Assembly (NCBI GenBank): GCA_964437755.1 | Contig: CAYTIA010000001.1 | Span: 1 to 43,657 of the forward strand | Direction of reading: 5' to 3' | Source of the DNA: an uncultured Pseudomonadales bacterium | GTDB taxonomy: Bacteria; Patescibacteriota; Microgenomatia; UBA1400; PJMF01 | DNA: 43,657 nucleotides | Shown: positions 17,012 to 26,126 of the stretch, one piece after another | Numbering within the stretch: position 1 is the stretch's first letter | Layout of the letters: each line of letters opens with the position of its first letter | Translations under genes and position numbers: made by a program | The notes under the pieces: model-generated | The model's input: the letters and a program-made list of their open reading frames with translations, nothing else | Told to the model about the DNA's origin: nothing | Databases searched by the model: none

Positions 17012-17572
17012 GTGGACTACAATGATGAAGATACATCATATATTGAAGAGCTTGAGGAAAAGAAGACAAAGATAAGATATATAAAAAAAAGTGCTCAACA
17101 ACTTGTATCAGATGTCGGTTCAGATGTTCCAATAATTCTTCGTGATATTATTAAAAAGGTTCAAGAACAGAAAAAAATCTCAATTAATTGCAAGCCTATG
17201 GATCTTAGTAATAAATTTTCTGGACAAATAGTTATATATGGGAATGCTGTGGGAATTATTTATAATGAAAATCACTCAAGAAATCGACAAAGATTTACCG
17301 TTGCACATGAATTAGGCCATTTGATACTTGGACATGAGTTTAAAATTAAACAATATAATGAAATTATAAAATTTAACACTAAATCTCCAATAGAAAGAGA
17401 AGCAAACATATTCGCTGCAGAATTACTAATGCCTAAAAATATTTTAACAAAATATCTCAAAGAAAATAAAATCACTAGTGTGTCTGATCTATCAATTAAA
17501 TTTGAGGTGAGTGAAGAAGCTTTATGGTTTAAAATCAGTTCTGATAACTTGATGAAACATTTCACTTATTAA
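17012..17572 (+). CDS. ImmA/IrrE-family zinc metallopeptidase (CapP/ImmA-like)
   Basis: RQRFTVAHELGH (HExxH) and EREANIFAAELLMP. GTG start immediately follows the XRE stop codon. Confidence 0.9.
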   Translation: MDYNDEDTSYIEELEEKKTKIRYIKKSAQQLVSDVGSDVPIILRDIIKKVQEQKKISINCKPMDLSNKFSGQIVIYGNAVGIIYNENHSRNRQRFTVAHELGHLILGHEFKIKQYNEIIKFNTKSPIEREANIFAAELLMPKNILTKYLKENKITSVSDLSIKFEVSEEALWFKISSDNLMKHFTY

Positions 17573-17626
17573 AATATATTTGTCTTTTAAATTTAAAACT
17601 AATAAAAGAGGATAAATAATTGATTT

Positions 17627-17649
17627 TAACTTGGTCCACACTTCCGCCA
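17627..17649 (+). repeat. Degenerate att-like scar TAACTTGGTCCACACTTCCGCCA
   Basis: Resembles the attR arm TAACTTGGTACACACACCTCCGCA (21650-21673) and ends like a tRNA-Ser 3' end (TTCCGCCA). Confidence 0.6.
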
Positions 17650-17841
17650 GAGTCCCTTGGTTGCTCCATAACTTATCCCCCATGCTTAAATAGATTGATA
17701 TTATCTGTAATTTTTCTATAAAAGAATGAGGGTCTCAAATAGTTTGTTAATAGTAAAAAATGCTGAGGTATTTTTAAAAGGTGAAATGTTTGGTTCTGAG
17801 GTGACTAATTTCGATCGGTTATTATGAATGCCCTCTTGTCA

Positions 17842-17937
17842 TTGATTATGTATAAGTTTAACATGTACAATGTTAGTAAGAATTGTTAAGTAAAATTGAA
17901 TCAGGACAAACACTAAATGGAAGAATTGTTAACAATT
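17842..17937 (+). promoter_or_regulatory. Putative RM promoter and operator repeats
   Basis: TTGATT-18nt-TACAAT; palindrome TAACAT-N5-ATGTTA (17859-17875); AAGAATTGTTAA at 17878 and 17921; palindrome AATTGTTAACAATT (17924-17937). Confidence 0.5.
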
Positions 17938-19137
17938 ACTGAGGTATGTAACCTCTTAAAGGTACATCCAAATACGCTTAGAAACTGGGATAAACAAGGT
18001 CTGCTAACTGCCGTGAGAATTGGCGTACGTGGTGATAGACGTTATCTCAAGCAAGATATTGTCGATCTAGCCTCATCCAATATAGATATGCGTGAAAATT
18101 CTGGACCTACGGTGCTTGATTTATTCTCAGGTTGCGGAGGCTTATCCTACGGCTTTGAGATGGCTGGATTTAAGGTGCTTGCTGGGGTTGACAACTGGGA
18201 TGATGCGTTAAAAACATTTAAATATAATCACAAAAATTCAAGAATACACAATTTAGATTTATTCAATTTTAACTTGGAAGAATTTGAAGATACTGCCAAT
18301 TATAAAGGCAAAGTAGATGTCATAGTTGGTGGCCCACCTTGCCAAGGTTTTTCTATTGCAGGACATAGGCTTAAGGATGATCCAAGAAATAGCCTATACA
18401 AAGCATTTGTTGACTTTGTTGAATTCTACAAACCAAAGGTTTTCTTGCTTGAAAATGTTCCTAATATTTTAGCTATGGATGGAGGTTCAATAAGGGATGG
18501 AATTATAAAAGATTTCGAGGCGCTTGGGTACATGATTACCTATAAGAAGTTGTTAGCATCTGATTATGGGGTGCCTCAATCACGAAGAAGAGCAGTGTTT
18601 GTTGGTTCAAAAAAGGGAACATTTGAATTTCCTGAGGCTAGTTTTTCAAGACCTGTTACGAGTAAAGAGGCTATCTCTGATTTACCGGAAAATACACTTC
18701 AGGATGGGGCTGCATATGTCTCAGAACCCTTGAGCGATTATCAGAGGATAATGAGGGAAGCGAGTTCTGGTATATATAATCATGTCGCTACTGTACATAC
18801 CTATACTACACAGAGCATAATATCTCTAGTTCCCGATGGAAAAAACTTTAAGAGCCTTCCCCGTGAACTACAAAATACCCGAAAGGTCAACATAGCATGG
18901 ACAAGAATCAACAGTCAGAAACCAAGTATGACTATAGACACTGGGCACAATCACCATTTTCATTACCAGTTCAATCGAGTACCGACTGCTAGAGAATCCG
19001 CACGTCTACAGTCTTTCCCAGATAATTTTATTTTTTTAGGGGGAAAGACAAGTCAATTAAAGCAAATTGGAAACGCAGTTCCACCGCTAATGGCTAAAGT
19101 ACTTGCCAAGGAGATAAAGGAGCAATATGAATTATAA
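17917..19137 (+). CDS. C5 cytosine DNA methyltransferase with N-terminal MerR/excisionase-like HTH
   Basis: N-terminal LLTITEVCNLLKVHPNTLRNWD; DLFSGCGG, GGPPCQGFS, ENV, QSRRR and QIGNAVPP motifs. Confidence 0.93.
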   Translation: MEELLTITEVCNLLKVHPNTLRNWDKQGLLTAVRIGVRGDRRYLKQDIVDLASSNIDMRENSGPTVLDLFSGCGGLSYGFEMAGFKVLAGVDNWDDALKTFKYNHKNSRIHNLDLFNFNLEEFEDTANYKGKVDVIVGGPPCQGFSIAGHRLKDDPRNSLYKAFVDFVEFYKPKVFLLENVPNILAMDGGSIRDGIIKDFEALGYMITYKKLLASDYGVPQSRRRAVFVGSKKGTFEFPEASFSRPVTSKEAISDLPENTLQDGAAYVSEPLSDYQRIMREASSGIYNHVATVHTYTTQSIISLVPDGKNFKSLPRELQNTRKVNIAWTRINSQKPSMTIDTGHNHHFHYQFNRVPTARESARLQSFPDNFIFLGGKTSQLKQIGNAVPPLMAKVLAKEIKEQYEL

Positions 19138-20518
19138 TCACTTAAATCAATATCGAGCGACAATCATACGAGGCAAGGCTAAAAATGCACTTGATGACCT
19201 TCTTCCCACTTATGCACAAATTATTGAAGAAATCACCCCTGTGAGTGTAGGTGAATTCCATCATAGATTCAACAAAGCTTTACATTTAATTATTCCTAGT
19301 GCGGAAAAAAAGACTTTAGATAACCATAGAACTGAGATTGTTGGAAAGTTATTCGGAATGTACTACGAAGACGAAGGCTCAATATTTATGTCTGAGCGTA
19401 CTCAAAAGTTCTTAGCCGACGGCGACCAGCCTGCATTTTTCAAAGATTGGTGCTTCAGATTTCAATTTCCTAATGGTCTCGATAAAATACAGACATTGCT
19501 CGATAAAATTGAGCATGACGTAAATATACGGCCATTCTGTTTTATAGTTAAATTAGTAATGGATGCATATCAACAAGATATTGTCTTAAACCAAAACGAA
19601 ATTGGTTATTATGCTATGAATAACCTTGATGTGCTAAGTGGAACAGCAACCACAGATGAAGTGATTGATCAAATCAAAGAGGATCGAAACAGCCGAATCA
19701 CTAGAAGAGTTAGCTACATAGGGAAAGCTGAGAGCTACAATAGTCAGCATATTCGTGAACAGCTAAATTATCTTGAACTAGCAAATCTTATACGCAATAA
19801 AAGTGGCAACATCTTCCCTAACTTAAAGGAAAAAAATGCTCTCGAAGAGTTTGCACAAAATGCCTACAGTGTCGGGTTTAATACAAAAAAATATGACCTT
19901 GATAATGAAACAGAAAAAGCACGATTTTATCATGACTGGCAGGTCTACTATTCAAGTATCACAAAAGGAATAACTGAAGAATTTTCCACAAGTATTGAGG
20001 CATTAGAGTACGACATAGATGAATCTGGGAAACAGGTCACAAAAGCATATGCCGTGGATACTATGCTGATTGGGGATGAAGGAGAAGCACTTGTATATGA
20101 TTATGAGAAAAAGCGTGTGGGGAAATATGATTCACGCCTTACTAACAAAATTCATATGCTAGGGAAGACAAAGGGGTTGGGATATGACATACAGTCGATT
20201 TTTGCAGATGAGAGTGAAGATCCAGAGTTTGTAAAATACATTGAAGTTAAGTCAACTAAAAGAGTAACCTCCCCTGATAAAGATAATAACGAGTGGACTG
20301 ACACTCTTAATGTTACTCGAAACGAATGGGTAGCTGCTCAACAACACCGTGGCAGTTATGAAATATATAGAGTATATTTCACACAAGCTGGACCTGAAGT
20401 TTTTATTATAAAAAACCCCTATGAAAAGAATGAGAATAAAGTTATTCGCACAATACCAACAACCTATAGGCTAGACTTTAACGCAGAAGCTATAGATAAG
20501 GCGTTCACTTATGCCTAA
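19127..20518 (+). CDS. Putative type II restriction endonuclease with C-terminal DUF3883-like PD-(D/E)XK domain
   Basis: GDEGEALVYDYE, GLGYDIQS, YIEVKST and TRNEW motifs; overlaps both methylases. Confidence 0.8.
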   Translation: MNYNHLNQYRATIIRGKAKNALDDLLPTYAQIIEEITPVSVGEFHHRFNKALHLIIPSAEKKTLDNHRTEIVGKLFGMYYEDEGSIFMSERTQKFLADGDQPAFFKDWCFRFQFPNGLDKIQTLLDKIEHDVNIRPFCFIVKLVMDAYQQDIVLNQNEIGYYAMNNLDVLSGTATTDEVIDQIKEDRNSRITRRVSYIGKAESYNSQHIREQLNYLELANLIRNKSGNIFPNLKEKNALEEFAQNAYSVGFNTKKYDLDNETEKARFYHDWQVYYSSITKGITEEFSTSIEALEYDIDESGKQVTKAYAVDTMLIGDEGEALVYDYEKKRVGKYDSRLTNKIHMLGKTKGLGYDIQSIFADESEDPEFVKYIEVKSTKRVTSPDKDNNEWTDTLNVTRNEWVAAQQHRGSYEIYRVYFTQAGPEVFIIKNPYEKNENKVIRTIPTTYRLDFNAEAIDKAFTYA

Positions 20519-21521
20519 TGCAATATACAGTGTAGTATCACTTTTTGCTGGATGTGGTGGTGGCGACTTAGGTATGAAGGGTGGCTTTAATTATATTAAC
20601 AAAGAATATAAATCCCACCCTCTTTCATTTGCTCATATTTCTGACTTTGACAGACATTGTGTAGTTACTCTAAATGCTAACTTTGGAACAGCGGCAGAAC
20701 ACCTAGATGTTCGGGACCTGAGCTTAGATGGTTATAGTGCTGACATAGTTGTTGGTGGATTTCCATGTCAGTCATTTAGCACTGTTAATCCTACAAAAGA
20801 TCCTTATGACGACAGAGCTCAGCTCTATAAGGAGATGCTCAGGATTGTACGACAGACTAAACCGAAAGTAGTGATAGGCGAGAATGTAAAGGGTCTTGCA
20901 GTGCTAGATAAGGGAAACTTTTTAAAGCGAATTGTTAAAGAATTAGAAGCAGAAGGTTATAAAGTTAAGACCCAAATACTCAATGCTGCAGATTACGGCG
21001 TGCCACAAAAACGTCAAAGACTGTTTATTGTCGGTGTACGAAATGATATAGGTATAGAGTTCATGTTTCCTGAGCCAACTCATATAAATAATTGGATTCC
21101 ACTTTCTAAGGTAATAGATAGTCTCGTGCCCAAAGATGATAAATACTATTTCAGCAAAAGGGCTGTTGAAGGAATGAAGAATGCTAAAAACAATATGAAA
21201 CGAGGTTTGGCACAGAGTCTTGATGGACCATGCTTAACCATTACATCTCATTTAGCTAAAGTAAGTTTGAATTCTAGAGATCCCGTTCTCATGGTTGACC
21301 CAAAAAAAGAATTATATAGACGATTCACTGTTCGTGAGGCGGCAAGAATTCAATCATTTCCTGATGATTTTGAATTTCCTGTTAGTGATCATCAGGCTTA
21401 CAGACAAATAGGCAACGCTATACCACCAGTTTTAATGTGGAATATAACAAATGAAGTGATAGAACTCCTGAATAAATATGAAGAGAGAAGTATAGTAAAT
21501 AAATCTAAAAGTATCGTTTAA
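20511..21521 (+). CDS. C5 cytosine DNA methyltransferase (second)
   Basis: SLFAGCGG, GGFPCQSFS, ENV, QKRQR and QIGNAIPP motifs. Confidence 0.93.
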   Translation: MPNAIYSVVSLFAGCGGGDLGMKGGFNYINKEYKSHPLSFAHISDFDRHCVVTLNANFGTAAEHLDVRDLSLDGYSADIVVGGFPCQSFSTVNPTKDPYDDRAQLYKEMLRIVRQTKPKVVIGENVKGLAVLDKGNFLKRIVKELEAEGYKVKTQILNAADYGVPQKRQRLFIVGVRNDIGIEFMFPEPTHINNWIPLSKVIDSLVPKDDKYYFSKRAVEGMKNAKNNMKRGLAQSLDGPCLTITSHLAKVSLNSRDPVLMVDPKKELYRRFTVREAARIQSFPDDFEFPVSDHQAYRQIGNAIPPVLMWNITNEVIELLNKYEERSIVNKSKSIV

Positions 21522-21663
21522 GACGGCTAAAATATTACCATCTTATGCTCCAGCAGAGTTTTGGGCTGTAATTTAATGATAGTAAGCCTAAATTGGATTA
21601 TTTAATAAAAAGGATGAAGAATTAAATCTTAAACCAATAAAATAGGTTCTAACTTGGTACACA

Positions 21664-21673
21664 CACCTCCGCA
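21664..21673 (+). repeat. attR core CACCTCCGCA
   Basis: Identical to 6527-6536; the element-side arm is in frame with the integrase after excision. Confidence 0.75.
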
Positions 21674-21844
21674 ACAATCGAAAAGTTATGGTAGATCCGT
21701 CCTTTTAGCTAGAATGGGTTGATGGGGCTTGCTAAATTTCCTTGGTTTGAAGATTTTTCATTTAAAAAAATAATTTATTATTTCATTTAACGTCAGGGAT
21801 ATACTAAGTTTTTCTGGAACGTAGTGGAAGAAAAATTTGAGTGA

Positions 21845-21945
21845 AGCAAGAGCCGAGAGCTGAACCGCATATCCCTTGTTATACGAGGGTGAGGAGCTAT
21901 AGCGACGAAAGCGCAGCGTCCCCTTGAGCGTTTAAGTTTGGGCCG
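21845..21945 (+). other. GC-rich palindromic noncoding element (REP/MITE-like or ncRNA)
   Basis: Nested stem AGCT..CCGCA..CCCTTGT-TAT-ACGAGGG-TGAGG-AGCT (21858-21898) plus GACG/CGTC (21904-21920). Confidence 0.35.
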
Positions 21946-22602
21946 TTATTTTTTTCCATTCCATTCATCAAAGAATTCTTGAAGAAATAATTCCATAAAT
22001 TTATGTCTTTCATCAGCCATCTTTTTTGCTGTTTCTGTGTTCATATTCTCTTTTAATTTCAAAAGTTTACTATAGAAATGATGTACTGTTGAGGGATCTT
22101 TTTCAGATTCATCAAAGACTTCTCTATCAAAAGGCTTTTCTGGAATCCACATTGTTACTTGATTTGCTCCTCCAAATGAAAAAGTTCTTCCAATTCCAAT
22201 TGCACCAATTGCATCTAAATTATCAGCATCTTGTAAAACTAATGTTTCAATATCATTTACAGTTTTTCCATTTTCAGAAAAATTGTATTCTTCATGATAT
22301 TCAATGCAGTGAAGAACTTTTTCTTTTTGTTCTTCAGTCAAATTAGTTTTATCAAGAATTTCTTTAACTTTTGGTAATGAATCCTTTGGAGAGCAAAATT
22401 TTCCAGTTTCCTTTTGAATGATTCTATGAACATCATGTAGAAATGCAGAAACAGCAATAATTAATTTATTACCACCTTCTTTTTCTTGAAGTGTTAAAGC
22501 AGTATTCATAGTACGCTTTAAATGATAAATATCATGCCCACTACTTTCTTCATGAAAAAGAACTTTAACTTCTTCTTCAAGCTGATGAATTATTTTTTTC
22601 AT
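21946..22602 (-). CDS. HD-domain phosphohydrolase (YedJ/YpgQ-like)
   Basis: GHDIYHLKR, AFLHDV, QDADNLDAIGAIGIGRTF and HFYSKLLKL motifs; start placed at MKKII. Confidence 0.88.
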   Translation of the reverse strand: MKKIIHQLEEEVKVLFHEESSGHDIYHLKRTMNTALTLQEKEGGNKLIIAVSAFLHDVHRIIQKETGKFCSPKDSLPKVKEILDKTNLTEEQKEKVLHCIEYHEEYNFSENGKTVNDIETLVLQDADNLDAIGAIGIGRTFSFGGANQVTMWIPEKPFDREVFDESEKDPSTVHHFYSKLLKLKENMNTETAKKMADERHKFMELFLQEFFDEWNGKK

Positions 22603-22884
22603 ATAATAAACAGATGAATGGTTATTTAATAAAATTTCGTTTAGGCCCAAACTTAAATGTCGTATAACTCTTTTTTATACGAACTGTTTTCACAATTAGT
22701 ACAATTTCAGCTTTATTATACGCTTTAATCTCTAAAATAGAGATAAATAAAATCAAAGATTCCTCAGTACACTCATTCAAACTATAAACACACAACTTTT
22801 CCAAACAAAACGAGCTATGAGAATCAGTTACTACAGTCCCAAAACCATCTAATGTTATCTTTTTGCCTTAAAAAAGTATTTTAT

Positions 22885-23190
22885 TTATAAACAAAAATCA
22901 TTTGAAATAATTTTTGTAATAGTTCCAATCTCATCCCATCTTGCCCGCATCATTTCTAAATCTTGCTCTTTGTTGAAGTTTCCAAATGGTTTCCATAGCT
23001 TTGTTAGCCTGGTAGAGGTGATTTCTCCATCAGCAAAATTGCAGTTCCAAAGTACTGATTTCATTAGATCTCTTTTTACCTCATCATCAACGCCATTAAA
23101 GATTTCAGATAACTTTATAGCCTGGTTTTTAATATCTTCAACAAGTTCCAAAGTTGAAATCATGTTTTTTGATTTTGTTAAATGTGACAT
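22885..23190 (-). pseudogene. C-terminal remnant of a second large serine recombinase
   Basis: KRDLMKSVLWN..FADGEI...KPF parallels the integrase tail KKTYIMSKLGKN..VMNKEI...KPF; ends MRARWDEIGT; no catalytic domain. Confidence 0.65.
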
Positions 23191-23366
23191 TCACAGTGAT
23201 TCCGTCAAGAATATAACTACACGCTGCAAGATTAGAACAAAAAACATCCAAACCAAAATAAATGGCACTCCATACGCTATTTTTTTATTGATTTTTTTTG
23301 TATACAATGACTTTAGTTAGCACACTTTTATCACAGATAATAAATACAAACTAATAGTAATTTTTT

Positions 23367-23873
23367 ATGACAGAAGATTTTGATCAGTTAGTTGACCCAT
23401 CTTTATTAAATACCACAATTCATCTAGATGGACCACCAAATAGTGATCAACATACAAAAGACAGTCAATTGCAAGATGCTGCCAAGATAATTGGATTGAG
23501 TTTAAACCAGCTAACAGCGTTTTCTCATGAATGGGGAATAAAACCTGAGGGATTAGTGTTAGTTGCAAAAATTATCAACCAGAACAGACCTATTTTTACC
23601 TATCCAGATGGTACCCCAAAAGGAGATATCGGAAAGATTCCTGAAGGCTTTATTATTGATTATTTAACAACAAAATTAGAAGAGCGTCGCCAACACTTGG
23701 CGAATATAGGGCTTACTAATAATGAACTTGAGTCTTATGACAAAATGGACGTAAATAAATTACTGGAAGAGCTAAATCGCCTCTCAAGGTTGAATATGAG
23801 TGATCCTGTAAAAGTTCAGAGAATAGCAGAGGCTATTAAGTATCTTAAAGAAACTAGTTGGCTTTGGAAATAA
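23367..23873 (+). CDS. Hypothetical protein
   Basis: 168-aa ORF with no motif recognised. Confidence 0.65.
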   Translation: MTEDFDQLVDPSLLNTTIHLDGPPNSDQHTKDSQLQDAAKIIGLSLNQLTAFSHEWGIKPEGLVLVAKIINQNRPIFTYPDGTPKGDIGKIPEGFIIDYLTTKLEERRQHLANIGLTNNELESYDKMDVNKLLEELNRLSRLNMSDPVKVQRIAEAIKYLKETSWLWK

Positions 23874-24198
23874 GCTACCAACTTAAAAAGTTTTGTACTT
23901 ATTAATCAATTAAAATTAGGACTCAAGTTGCAACTGCTTATATCTATTTGCTCACACTAATTACCGGAGACATTCAAGAACCATGTGCTGAAGAGATGTT
24001 TGCGATTTAAATCTCATCTCTCCTGTCCAGTCAAATACCCTTTCTTGTGACAACTCCCATCTGTGATGCTTAGTTATAAACCTAAGACAGTTCTTTCAGT
24101 AATATATAAATAGCTAAGCGGGATCAAACTTAATCTCCTTTCTGATTACCGCCCCCCTACAGCGGACTAACAAGTTATAATCAAATTATTAACAAAAT

Positions 24199-25710
24199 AT
24201 GAAAAAAATATTAATTGTTTTTTTTGGAATAGTTTTATTAATTATTGGAGCCTACTTTATATTGAGGAATAATAAGATTGAAAATTTGAATAATGAGGAA
24301 GTTGTCTTTCAAGATACATATGATATCTCTAAAGAATATCTTTTATTGCGCTATCGCACTGATAACATTTTAGAAAAGGCAAGAAAATACCCCGACTATG
24401 AAACTTGGGACAAAGAGATGTCTCTATTAATTGAAGACTGGGGAAAACTTGAAAAAAAATCTCAAGAATTAGGAGAGAGTGCTAACAAACAAGCGGATTT
24501 GGCAGCAATTAATATAAAACTTGTACAAACAGCCAATGCTTACTCTGCAAAAGAGATATCAAATATCTACGACAAAGCACCAAAATTTAAAGGTATCGCT
24601 ACACTAGCCAATCATTTGGGCGTAGATGCTAAAAGAGCGCAAGTAATTTTAGACAAAGCTCAGGCTGAAATAAGTTCAGGAGTTTTTTCTGAAGAAGGAG
24701 ATGCTTTTGAGACGCTAGAACATACTGCTATAGTTGTTAAGGATGGCTGCAAGGTAACAGGCTTTGTTGGTGGAGTGATTTTAACTGGTGGTGTTGCTGG
24801 ACTAGCTACTGCCGGCACATTGACCACAACTACAGTAGTTGTCGCGGGTGTAGATTTAGCATTAGAGGTAACTGAGGATGGAGCTCAAATCGCTTTTGGA
24901 GACAGAAATAAAGTATCTTCCTTTGTAAAAGATGTAAGAACTGTTACCGAGCCCATTGCAAACATTTTGACCATCACCAATATTCCCAGCAACCTTGGCA
25001 ATGTATTTGGTAAGTTTGATGCAGTTATGATTGGACTGGAACAGTTTCGAGAATCAGCCCAAGAAGGCAAGATTATTGGAGTAGATCTTACAAATTTTGA
25101 ATATCAGAAACCTTATCAAAGAATTCGCCAAGCCAAATATCCGGGAACAGTTACCGCCGCAGAAATGGAAATGGCTGAAGTGGAAGCATGGTTACAAAGT
25201 CTTAATAAAAAGCTGGAACCCATGACTCAGACTGAAATAGAAGACTTTTTATCAAATTCATCAAAAGATAATGAACAAGAAAAAATAATTGAAGGAAAAG
25301 AAAGTGAATCTAACAAGCTTGAAAAAGAAGAATCTCAAGAAGTTCATCAATCACAAGAATCTTCAACTAATCAAATTACAACACAAGGAATAGCTGGCAA
25401 TTATAGTGGTAGCGCAACTCTACAACATGTTGAGGAAGATATTGAAACCCCTGATAGTCTACCTGTGACGCTGCAACTCAATGAGAACGGAACAGGCACA
25501 GTAAACGTGAATGGTTTTGGTGGAGAGGCATCTTATGCAGGCAATATAGTAAGTTTTTCTGTGACAATGAAAGAAGGCGGCGCAGTTGTCAATTGTTCTT
25601 TTGATGGGAAAGCAAGCAAAAATGGTAACCAAACAGTGATTAATGGAAACATGTACTTTTCCATGATGGGAGTAACCTTCGCTTCATATTCCTGGAGTGC
25701 GCAAAAGTAG
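24199..25710 (+). CDS. Membrane-anchored/exported hypothetical protein
   Basis: N-terminal TM, central Gly-rich hydrophobic stretch (GFVGGVILTGGVAGLATAG), low-complexity linker and beta-rich C-domain. Confidence 0.75.
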   Translation: MKKILIVFFGIVLLIIGAYFILRNNKIENLNNEEVVFQDTYDISKEYLLLRYRTDNILEKARKYPDYETWDKEMSLLIEDWGKLEKKSQELGESANKQADLAAINIKLVQTANAYSAKEISNIYDKAPKFKGIATLANHLGVDAKRAQVILDKAQAEISSGVFSEEGDAFETLEHTAIVVKDGCKVTGFVGGVILTGGVAGLATAGTLTTTTVVVAGVDLALEVTEDGAQIAFGDRNKVSSFVKDVRTVTEPIANILTITNIPSNLGNVFGKFDAVMIGLEQFRESAQEGKIIGVDLTNFEYQKPYQRIRQAKYPGTVTAAEMEMAEVEAWLQSLNKKLEPMTQTEIEDFLSNSSKDNEQEKIIEGKESESNKLEKEESQEVHQSQESSTNQITTQGIAGNYSGSATLQHVEEDIETPDSLPVTLQLNENGTGTVNVNGFGGEASYAGNIVSFSVTMKEGGAVVNCSFDGKASKNGNQTVINGNMYFSMMGVTFASYSWSAQK

Positions 25711-25760
25711 GTGCCTATTATGAATTTTCCAAACTAATTAAAAATATACATTTTTAACTG

Positions 25761-25799
25761 TTGACAACCCGTCTTTATACCTATACCATAGGTATAGGT
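25761..25799 (+). promoter_or_regulatory. Sigma70 promoter overlapped by a CsoR-type operator
   Basis: TTGACA(25761-25766)-17nt-TACCAT(25784-25789); inverted repeat ACCTATACC-ATA-GGTATAGGT (25779-25799). Confidence 0.8.
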
Positions 25800-25831
25800 T
25801 ATTATACAAATAATATTTTCAACAAGACATT

Positions 25832-26110
25832 ATGCACAACCAAAAAGCCAAGCAGAAAAAATTAATCGCTCTGAAAAAGGCAAGCAGTTTGCTAAAAAAA
25901 ATCACACAAATGGTTGAAAATGAGCAATACTGCATTGATATTATGCAACAAAATTTAGCTGTGATTGGCTTACTAAAATCATTTCACACACAGGTAATGG
26001 AAGCCCATCTAAAAAGTTGTCTCAAGAATGCCATTGATTCGAATGATCAGCAAACAAAAGAAAAGATGTTAAAAGAAATCATGGCCGTTAACAATTTATT
26101 CAACCGCTAG
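25832..26110 (+). CDS. csoR: CsoR/RcnR-family metal-sensing repressor
   Basis: YCIDIMQQ...EAHLKSC carries the Cys-His-Cys ligand set typical of Cu(I) sensors. Confidence 0.88.
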   Translation: MHNQKAKQKKLIALKKASSLLKKITQMVENEQYCIDIMQQNLAVIGLLKSFHTQVMEAHLKSCLKNAIDSNDQQTKEKMLKEIMAVNNLFNR

Positions 26111-26126
26111 GTTGAGAAAGGAAGCT

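Larger units (their letters stand above)
6527..21673. mobile_element. Integrative defence island at tRNA-Ser (~15.1 kb)
   Basis: Integrase abuts the tRNA, direct repeat CACCTCCGCA at 6527-6536 and 21664-21673, and cargo of CBASS, RM and replication-type genes. Confidence 0.8.

Noticed and set aside
22970-23320. 116-aa plus-strand ORF
   Set aside because: Largely antisense to the recombinase remnant; no motif.
23960-24095. Short open frame on the minus strand in the 23874-24198 spacer
   Set aside because: About 45 codons bounded by stops, with no convincing start or recognisable homology.
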